A stretch of DNA of 32,000 nt from Cyanobacteria bacterium J06614_10 (GTDB lineage Bacteria > Cyanobacteriota > Cyanobacteriia > Phormidesmidales > Phormidesmidaceae), in assembly GCA_038527325.1 (NCBI GenBank), contig JBCBFY010000029.1, positions 2,072 through 34,071 of the forward strand, written 5' to 3'. Below the pieces are notes generated by a model that ran no database searches, was not told where the DNA came from, and was given only the letters and a program-made list of their open reading frames with translations. Numbering within the stretch: position 1 is the stretch's first letter; each line of letters begins with the position of its first letter. Made by a program: the position numbers and the translations under genes. Below are positions 17,593-26,030 of this stretch, piece by piece.

Positions 17593-18189
17593 ATGGTAAG
17601 ACGGAAGGGAGCGAGATCTAAACTTAGAGAGCACTTCTTGAACAACGTTGGCAAGGTGATGGATTCTGAAGAACTTAGAGAAGTTGCGGGAGGGATAACG
17701 GAATGGGCAAGGCGGGTCAGAGAACTAAGATCTGAGGAGGGCTATCAAATCAAAACGCATAACGACCGAGGCGATTTGAAACCTGGTCAATACATTCTCG
17801 AAGATCCGGTACCACAGCCTGCTTTTGAACGTGCAATTTCTAAAGAAACGCGAGCTTTTGTACTCGACAGAAATGGCTTTACGTGCCAGATGTGTGGTGC
17901 TGTTGCCGGCGAGATGCATCCTTACGACACAAATCGAAAGACTCGCTTACACATTGGTCACATTGTCGATAAAACGCAAGGAGGTTCAGATATTCCTTCT
18001 AACTTGAGGGCTATTTGTTCTGTTTGTAATGAAGGAGCTTCAAACTTGACGCTAGAAAGACCTTCAAATCTGAAGCTTTTAGCACAGGTGCGACGAGCAA
18101 AAGGGGACGCTCAACTTGAGTTGCTCCAGTGGCTGATGAAGAAGTTTCCTCAGCAGGCAAAAGATTTCCTATTAGATGAACAAGACTGA
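17593..18189 (+). CDS. HNH endonuclease, probable restriction enzyme partner of the upstream methyltransferase
   Basis: 198-aa ORF starting 12 nt after the methylase stop. The HNH/zinc-finger core is CQMCG ... HIGHIVDKTQGGSDIPSNLRAICSVCNEG. The N-terminal segment (ITEWARRVRELRSEEGYQI) looks like a small DNA-binding domain. Confidence 0.8.
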   Translation: MVRRKGARSKLREHFLNNVGKVMDSEELREVAGGITEWARRVRELRSEEGYQIKTHNDRGDLKPGQYILEDPVPQPAFERAISKETRAFVLDRNGFTCQMCGAVAGEMHPYDTNRKTRLHIGHIVDKTQGGSDIPSNLRAICSVCNEGASNLTLERPSNLKLLAQVRRAKGDAQLELLQWLMKKFPQQAKDFLLDEQD

Positions 18190-18192
18190 AGG

Positions 18193-18348
18193 TTATAGCC
18201 ATTGCTTGAGCTTCAGCATGCGCACGTCTCGTTCCGTCTGATTATGATCAAACGGTGCCTAAAAGTCGAACATGAATGCAAGCATCGATGTTTTATGCCG
18301 TTGCTCGTCAATAGCTCGCGCACACTTTAGAGCGATTAATTCAGACAA
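18193..18348 (-). mobile_element. Decayed fragment of an IS66-like transposase gene (C-terminal ~50 codons, in-frame stop)
   Basis: Minus-strand translation gives [50 protein letters not shown]. The block LaFm.DF.vPFdNNqaERDiRM.KvkQ matches my recollection of the conserved C-terminal transposase motif of IS66-family elements. There is an in-frame TAG at 18259-18261. The 5' part is missing and the fragment ends 4 nt from the HNH gene stop. Confidence 0.45.
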
Positions 18349-18350
18349 CG

Positions 18351-18908
18351 CTAAGATAAGACCGCTGTCCAAATTTGCATTAAAGCAGTGACTCTTTTCG
18401 GTTTCTGGGCGGCTGGGTTTATGTAGTTCATCATGGTTTCTGCGCTGGAAACAGTGGGGAATGCTCCGAGCGATCGCTGCTCAATGAACATTTTTTCGAT
18501 CAGGCCATTTTTTACCAGCATGGAGTATCGCCGCGATCGCTGACCCATTCCCTTTTCAGAGAGGTCTATGAGCATTCCCATCCCTCTCGTAAAGTCACCT
18601 TTGACATCGGGGATAAAACGAATGCGGTCGGCTTTTTCTTCTTTTGCCCAACGTGCTAACGCAAACGGGCCATTTACCGAGAGGCAGATAATATCATCGA
18701 CGCCGTTGGCACTGAAGGTATCTGCATATTCGTTGTATCCCAATACTTGAATGGGTGAATAAGGTTGAGTAAACGCGCCTGGTACTGCAAAAAAAACGAC
18801 TGTTTTATGGCTAAAAAGATCGGTTGTCGAAATAGTTTGTGGAAATGTTTTCTCGTAAATTTTGAAGGTTGCGGCAGGGACAGCCTTTCCTTCTTTGTTT
18901 TTCGGCAT
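18351..18908 (-). CDS. Prx5/PrxII-type peroxiredoxin paralog lacking the peroxidatic cysteine
   Basis: 185-aa ORF with clear Prx5-subfamily blocks (GVDDIICLSVNG, IPDVKGDFTRGMGML, GQRSRRYSMLVKNGLIEKMFIE). The active-site loop reads AVPGAFTQPYSPIQVLGY instead of the canonical PGAFTPTCS. The Tyr codon TAT at 18759-18761 occupies the peroxidatic Cys position. Confidence 0.8.
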   Translation of the reverse strand: MPKNKEGKAVPAATFKIYEKTFPQTISTTDLFSHKTVVFFAVPGAFTQPYSPIQVLGYNEYADTFSANGVDDIICLSVNGPFALARWAKEEKADRIRFIPDVKGDFTRGMGMLIDLSEKGMGQRSRRYSMLVKNGLIEKMFIEQRSLGAFPTVSSAETMMNYINPAAQKPKRVTALMQIWTAVLS

Positions 18909-19088
18909 GTGTTCAACTCCAGATTATCTGGGAGTGACTCATTTTATAGCGGATATGGTGTGGCAAGGCAGAAGAGAGGCTCCCAAAGAAGCCTCAACTT
19001 CTGGCAGAATGAGATCTATAGCTTTCGAAGAGTTGCTTAAGACACTTGCGAAAAGCTGTACCTCTGAGCCAACAAGCAACTCTTCTGC

Positions 19089-19118
19089 GCAAATGTCCTA
19101 ATGCATCAGGACATTTGC
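19089..19118 (-). terminator. Perfect 11-bp stem hairpin downstream of katG (possible terminator or processing/stability element)
   Basis: GCAAATGTCCT (19089-19099), loop aatgcatc, AGGACATTTGC (19108-19118). It lies 28 nt beyond the katG stop on the minus strand. No U-tract follows on either strand. Confidence 0.3.
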
Positions 19119-19145
19119 TACAGCTGCGTTTGGCGACTGAAGCTT

Positions 19146-21356
<2,211 letters not shown>

Positions 21357-21755
21357 TTAAATTGTGTGTTGTGTAGTCGTCGATGGGCTGACAGTAAACG
21401 GCGCATCGGTGACTACTGAAACAAGGGATGAGAAATATAATCAAGAAGCTATCTTGAAAAAAGAGAGAATTTTAATGTCTCTTTTGACGTCTTTCTGTTG
21501 CCCACGTTGTGCAGTTGTTGCTGAAACTCTTTAGTAAGACTGTCGAAAAGGCCCTTTGTTAAGTCATACTCATTACGAGTTCGCCTCTCAAGGCTAATAA
21601 ACTCAGATTGACTTGACAGCCCGATATAAAAATTTGATACAAAACTTAATAATTCAAGTGTGATAACGCACAGCGCTGAACTGTTTTGAATGCTAAGTGT
21701 GCGTCCGATGTGTGCGATCGCGTTTCAAGATGCTTAAGCCCAAGTAGTTACCTGC

Positions 21756-21776
21756 CGGAGTAGTGTGCCTACTCCG
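21756..21776 (-). terminator. Hairpin downstream of the ABC transporter gene (weak terminator candidate)
   Basis: CGGAGTAG (21756-21763), loop tgtgc, CTACTCCG (21769-21776), a perfect 8-bp stem about 34 nt after the stop of the 21810-23702 gene. There is no U-tract. Confidence 0.3.
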
Positions 21777-21809
21777 AAACAAACGTAAATGGTAGAAGTG
21801 AATCAAGCA

Positions 21810-23702
21810 TTAAAAGGTTTGGAGAATCCAGCTATGATCTTCGGCGAGTTTTAGCAGGCTGTGGTGGTAGGTCTTGAGGGAGGGGCGGTGCCCGACGCTG
21901 ATGTAGGCAATGTCGGCTGCTGCCAGGTGTTGATAGAGCTGGGCTTCGTTTTCTTGGTCGAGGGCGCTTGAGGCTTCATCGAGGATGGTGTAAGCCGGTT
22001 TGTGGACTAGGATGCGGGCAAAGCTTAGTCGCTGTTGCTCCCCTAAGGAAAGGACATCGCCCCAGTCTTCTTCTGCATCGAAGCCGCCGAAGCGTTCTGC
22101 AATGTCTGCGAGGTTTACTTGCTTGAGGACGGTGGTGAGGGTGGCGTCTTCGATTGTTGTGTGTGGGTAGGGGTAGAGCAACTGCTGTCTGAGGGTGCCG
22201 AGCACCATGTATGGCTTCTGTGGGAGAAACAACAGGTCTGAGAGGTCGGGCCTGGCGATGGTGCCGCTGCCAGAATTCCATAGACCGGCGATCGCTCTCA
22301 GCAGAGAACTCTTGCCACAGCCGCTAGGCCCCATCACCAGTAGAGATTCGTGGGCGGTCACGGAGATGGACAAGTCTTCAACGAGCGTTCGCTGACGGTT
22401 TGGCGTTTGTAGCGTAACGTGCTGTAGAGAGAGCACGGGTGAAGTTTCGAAAGCGATGGTGTGATGCTGGACGTGAGCCTGTATCGCCTGTTCTTTTTCG
22501 GTTTGGGTTTGCGAATCTTGTGCTTGCGAATCTTGTGCTTGCGAATCTTGTGCTTGTGAATCTTGTGCTTGTGAATCTTGTGCTTGTGAATCTTGTTCTT
22601 CCGACGCTTTCTTCTCTGTTTCTTCTGCCAGCGTCTTCTCTTCCTGGTTCGTTCCAACCGTATCAGCAAGGGTCTTTGTCTCGGTAGCTGTGGCTGGCTC
22701 AAGCGCTTCGGCAAACTCATAGAGTCGGTCGATGCCCGCGCCAAAGGCCGTCAGAGACTGCAGCCTAGCCACAATCACGTTCAAAGAAAAAAAGACTCGA
22801 ATAAACGCGCCCTGCGCTTCACTGACTTTGCCAACTTCTACGTCGCCGCTGAAGACGGCTGGGGCGACTACAATGGCTGGCAGCACGTAGGGAACAAACT
22901 CATAAAAATTCGTCAGGCCGTTGAGCGTTAGCTCCCAGAGAAGTAGCTGTTTGTAGTTGTCGAAGGCCGCCATGAATCGCGATTTTATTTGTGCTGATTC
23001 TTGGGCTTCGCCTTGGTAAAAGGCGATCGCTTCTGCGTTTTCTCTGACGCGCACTAGGCTAAAGCGAAAGTTGGCTTCTTTCTTGAGCTGCTCAAAGTTC
23101 AACCTGACGAGGGGTTGACCGAAGACGCCGACGGTGACCAAGGTACCCAAGACAGCGTAGGCGAGTAGAAACAGCACGAGCTCCCGGGAAATGCCCCACA
23201 GCACGCCGCTGAAGGCGATCATCTCTAGCACAGAGTCGGTGACGACTAGGGCTAGGGTTAGCGATTCTTGGGTGAAGCTTTTGACGTCTTCGGCAATGCG
23301 CTGGTCGGGGTTGTCGAGGTCGCTGTTGAACTGGTTGATAGTGTAAAAGGCGCGGTTTTGAAAGTAGCGCTCTACAAAGCTGTCGGTGAGCCAGCGACGC
23401 CAGGCTAATCCCAGGCGATCGCGCAGATAGGTATAGCCTGCCAGCAGCGGTGCATAGGCCACTAGCACACCGATAAAGATGGCCACAGTTTGCCAAAATC
23501 GGCTTTCACTTTTAGCAGATAGCGCTGAGATTAGCTCGCCTCGTTGATTGTTTATCAGTACGCTGAGGCCGGTGTAGGTAAGGAGCAGTAGCACAATCAG
23601 GGCAAGCAAGCTAAGTGCCTGCCATTTTTTGTCACCGAGCCAGTAGGGCTTTGCGATCGCCCAAAATCGCCTAAATACCTGAAAATTAAATCGCTTATTC
23701 AT
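21810..23702 (-). CDS. Fused ABC transporter permease/ATP-binding protein, ABCD/YddA/SbmA-like (ABC membrane type 2), with a repeat-containing acidic linker
   Basis: 630-aa ORF. The N-terminus FRRFWAIAKPYWLGDKKWQA and the TM helices match the ABC_membrane_2 family. In the NBD, Walker A is GPSGCGKSSLLRAIAGLW, the signature is LSLGEQQRLSFARIL, and Walker B is YTILDEASSALD. A Glu/Gln/Ser-rich insertion of about 75 aa between the TMD and NBD contains (QDSQA)x6. Confidence 0.85.
   Translation of the reverse strand: MNKRFNFQVFRRFWAIAKPYWLGDKKWQALSLLALIVLLLLTYTGLSVLINNQRGELISALSAKSESRFWQTVAIFIGVLVAYAPLLAGYTYLRDRLGLAWRRWLTDSFVERYFQNRAFYTINQFNSDLDNPDQRIAEDVKSFTQESLTLALVVTDSVLEMIAFSGVLWGISRELVLFLLAYAVLGTLVTVGVFGQPLVRLNFEQLKKEANFRFSLVRVRENAEAIAFYQGEAQESAQIKSRFMAAFDNYKQLLLWELTLNGLTNFYEFVPYVLPAIVVAPAVFSGDVEVGKVSEAQGAFIRVFFSLNVIVARLQSLTAFGAGIDRLYEFAEALEPATATETKTLADTVGTNQEEKTLAEETEKKASEEQDSQAQDSQAQDSQAQDSQAQDSQAQDSQTQTEKEQAIQAHVQHHTIAFETSPVLSLQHVTLQTPNRQRTLVEDLSISVTAHESLLVMGPSGCGKSSLLRAIAGLWNSGSGTIARPDLSDLLFLPQKPYMVLGTLRQQLLYPYPHTTIEDATLTTVLKQVNLADIAERFGGFDAEEDWGDVLSLGEQQRLSFARILVHKPAYTILDEASSALDQENEAQLYQHLAAADIAYISVGHRPSLKTYHHSLLKLAEDHSWILQTF
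22511..22600. repeat. Perfect-phase 15-bp tandem repeat x6 inside the ABC transporter linker
   Basis: The plus strand reads gcgaatcttgtgctt x3, then gtgaatcttgtgctt x2, then gtgaatcttgttctt. On the coding strand each unit encodes QDSQA (QDSQT in the copy nearest the C-terminus). The gcg and gtg variants differ only at a synonymous Ser codon position (TCG vs TCA). Confidence 0.95.
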
Positions 23703-23881
23703 TAGCGTTCCATCCCAACAGTTACAGAATAAACGAGGACGCGGATTGAGATGGTCAATCGATTGACTGATAAGCGTCTTTTAGAGAACAGTCGGGTTGG
23801 GGTTCGGTCGCTTAGAATCGGTAAGATGCCAGTAAAAATGGTGGAAAACGCCTAGACAAACGGTTGAGCGCGGGGAACGTC

Positions 23882-24589
23882 ATGGGATTGAGTACGGACT
23901 GCATACAGGTCTCTGAGCAGCCGCTGCGGCAGGCGCAGGTGGTGCAGGTAGAGGTCGATGTCGCCCACAAGGGTGCGCAGCTGTTGGCGTTTGTCGATTC
24001 TCAGGGTGAGCCTTTTAGCTGGGCGCAGGTTTCGCAGGCGCTGGTCGCAGATGCCGACTTTAGGGCGCAGTGGAATCACACTTGGGCAGCGCTGCCTTTT
24101 GACTTTGAATGGAAGCCGGTGCCGATTCATCCTTATACGGCTGAGACTCATCCTTTTTTTGCCGTTGTCTTTCCGGCGACGTTTCGCCCGGCAGACCCCA
24201 CCGATTTTCAGTCCTATCTAAGGTCGCTGCCGCCGGATGCGCTGACGGCTTCTTTTGCCAACTTTTCTGGGGATGCCCAGCTGCTGGTGCCTCAGAAAAC
24301 GGGTGACTATGGACACATTGCGGCTTTTTGTCGGACTGCGCCACCGGCTGCTATGCACGCGCTTTGGCAGCAGGTGGGCGAGCGGTGTCAGGGTGCGATC
24401 GCTCAGCAAAAGGCCGTATGGTGCAATACCCACGGCCATGGTGTACCTTGGCTACACGTCCGGTTTGACAGCAGGCTCAAGTACGCCTCTTTCCCGCCCA
24501 GAGGCAGTATTAGCGCCAACAGTCAGGCCATTTGGTATCAGAAAATCTACCAACCAGCCCTCTGCCATGACTCTCACTCAGCCAGATAG
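23882..24589 (+). CDS. Hypothetical protein (no family recognised)
   Basis: The ORF of 241 aa (from TTG at 23864) is 235 aa from the more likely ATG at 23882. Composition is not low-complexity, with blocks such as FEWKPVPIHPYTAETHPFFAVVFP, FANFSGDAQLLVP and HGHGVPWLHVRFDSRLKY. It is divergent from the ABC gene. Its 3' end overlaps the permease start by 23 nt. Confidence 0.5.
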   Translation: MGLSTDCIQVSEQPLRQAQVVQVEVDVAHKGAQLLAFVDSQGEPFSWAQVSQALVADADFRAQWNHTWAALPFDFEWKPVPIHPYTAETHPFFAVVFPATFRPADPTDFQSYLRSLPPDALTASFANFSGDAQLLVPQKTGDYGHIAAFCRTAPPAAMHALWQQVGERCQGAIAQQKAVWCNTHGHGVPWLHVRFDSRLKYASFPPRGSISANSQAIWYQKIYQPALCHDSHSAR

Positions 24590-25523
24590 TGCGCCAGACA
24601 GTGCGCCAAACAGTGCGCCAGATAGTGTGTTGGAGGTATCTGCAGTGCTACAGCAGCCTGTGAAGCGGACGGCATGGACTCGGTTTCGGCGCGATCGCAT
24701 GGCCTTACTCGGTTCAGCAGTGCTCATCGTGCTGATAGTGGGCGTGTTAGTCGGACCGCTGCTGTACACCGCTTCCTACAGCGACATAGACTTTACTCGG
24801 GCGCTACAGCCCCCCGGCTCGCAATATCCCCTCGGCACAAATGATTTAGGACAAGACCAGCTGGCGAGACTGCTGCGGGGCGGACGGGTGAGTCTTGCTG
24901 TCGGCATCACCGCGATGCTGGTATCTATCTCTTTTGGCACCGTTATTGGTATGGTGGCGGGCTTTTGTGGTGGAATGATTGACAACGCGCTGATGAGACT
25001 GACAGATTTGTTTTTGTCGCTGCCGCAGCTGCCTTTGTTGTTGTTGATTATCTATTTATTTCGAGATTCTATGCGGCGAGTGGCGGGGCCGGAGCTGGGT
25101 GTTTTTGTGCTGATTATTCTGGTGATTGGTGGGCTGACGTGGATGTCTACGGCGCGGCTGGTGCGAGCGGGATTTTTGGCAACAAAAGAGAGAACGTTTG
25201 TGCAGGCAGCTAGGTCGCTGGGAGCACACCCGACCCGGATTGTATGGCGGCACATTTTGCCGAATGTGATTGGCCCGGTGATTGTGGCTGCGACGCTCGG
25301 GGTGGGCAATGCCATTATCACAGAATCTACGCTGAGCTTCTTAGGGATTGGCTTTCCGCCGGATGTGCCGACCTGGGGACGCATGCTGTTTGATGCGCAA
25401 AACTACATTGCAAGTGCGCCCCATCTGGTGATTTTTCCAGGACTGGCGATTTTTCTCACGGTGCTGAGTGTGAACTATGTGGGAGACGGCCTCAGAGACG
25501 CATTGGATAGCCGTTCTCGGTAG
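24567..25523 (+). CDS. ABC transporter permease, DppC/OppC/NikC family (peptide/nickel type)
   Basis: The OppC_N-like start is RFRRDRMALLGSAVLIVLIVGVLVGPLL, followed by PLGTNDLGQDQLARLLRGGRVSLAVGI. The EAA-loop block is FVQAARSLGAHPTRIVWRHILPNV. The likely start is the ATG at 24567 (MTLTQPDSAP). The ORF-track start at 24255 would add about 100 residues with no resemblance to this family, and they overlap the upstream ORF. Confidence 0.8.
   Translation: MTLTQPDSAPDSAPNSAPDSVLEVSAVLQQPVKRTAWTRFRRDRMALLGSAVLIVLIVGVLVGPLLYTASYSDIDFTRALQPPGSQYPLGTNDLGQDQLARLLRGGRVSLAVGITAMLVSISFGTVIGMVAGFCGGMIDNALMRLTDLFLSLPQLPLLLLIIYLFRDSMRRVAGPELGVFVLIILVIGGLTWMSTARLVRAGFLATKERTFVQAARSLGAHPTRIVWRHILPNVIGPVIVAATLGVGNAIITESTLSFLGIGFPPDVPTWGRMLFDAQNYIASAPHLVIFPGLAIFLTVLSVNYVGDGLRDALDSRSR
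24582..24629. repeat. 12-bp tandem repeat x4 at the permease N-terminus
   Basis: The units are ccagatagtgcg, ccagacagtgcg, ccaaacagtgcg and ccagatagtgtg. They encode PDSA-PDSA-PNSA-PDSV. Confidence 0.9.
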
Positions 25524-26030
25524 TGAGCCGGGTCTCGCTAGACTTGTTCTTCTAAGGGCACTTAAGAAGTCCCTGCCGCCGACTGCCGTGTTGTTACTTA
25601 AGTGAAATTACGTTCTGTTTCTGTATCAATACAGAGAGATAGGGCGAAATTTAGTGAGATATTCAAAAATCAGAAATTCTACTGAAAAGATATTACGGAC
25701 CAAGGCCTAGTATGTGAGTGTTCTCTATGTCTGGATTACTGTACGCCTAAACTGAGGCCTTTAAACAGACTCTCTGTTTGAAAAAATGCGTTAGGGCGGT
25801 CGTAATGGTGGGTAGACTTCAAACCAAGCTGGCTTGATGAATACGTCTCGTCAGCTTCTGGCAACTGGTAGCTTAGGCTGTTGATAGTTCAGGCTATAGC
25901 TGTCGAAATAGCGTGCAAGTACCTTACAACTTTTTCAATCTGTCGAAAATGCTTTTGTTCGATGGCTACTGCTGAAAGTTGTTGAATAGTTTTTTATATC
26001 TCTAATATCTAAGGGGTTAGTGCTGTACTA

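Noticed and set aside
16490-18350. Absence of HIP1 octamers over the R-M cassette as evidence of foreign origin.
   Set aside because: Equally long or longer HIP1-free stretches occur over ordinary genes (about 552-3768 across the MscS gene, and about 19326-21713 across katG). The gap is not informative, so only the GC difference was kept as a weak argument.
21475-21534. A 19-codon plus-strand ORF (MSLLTSFCCPRCAVVAETL) in the katG upstream region.
   Set aside because: It is very short, opposite in orientation to both neighbours, has no convincing ribosome-binding site, and nothing is recognisable beyond a CCxxC.
21620-21665. AT-rich imperfect palindrome ACTTAATAATTCAAGT and a nearby TGATAAC in the katG upstream region, as a PerR/Fur-type box.
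   Set aside because: The symmetry needs an indel, the match to the 7-1-7 Fur-family consensus is poor, and the site is about 290 nt from the katG start. It is too degenerate to call without TSS data or comparative support.
22511-22600. Possible CRISPR array, because of regularly repeated short units.
   Set aside because: The units are contiguous with no spacers, only 15 bp long, in frame within a coding sequence, and no cas genes are present.
22358-22744. A 128-aa minus-strand ORF with KIHKHKIHKHK repeats, and a plus-strand ORF at 22439-22687 with LVLANLVLANLVL repeats.
   Set aside because: Both are alternative-frame or antisense readings of the 15-bp tandem repeat inside the ABC transporter gene. 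The transporter frame is continuous with clear TMD and NBD motifs on both sides.
24255-24566. The N-terminal extension of about 100 aa on the permease implied by the ORF-track start at 24255.
   Set aside because: The extension has no similarity to the DppC/OppC N-terminus and overlaps the better-supported upstream ORF in another frame. The ATG at 24567 gives a typical family N-terminus.
25621-25634. CTGTATCAATACAG as an E. coli-type SOS (LexA) box, and GTACTAATG at 26025-26033 as a cyanobacterial LexA half-site.
   Set aside because: The E. coli box is CTGT-N8-ACAG, and here the spacing is N6. The second element matches only one half of the cyanobacterial RGTAC-N3-DGTWCB palindrome and overlaps the wza start codon. 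They are kept only as unexplained palindromes or motifs.
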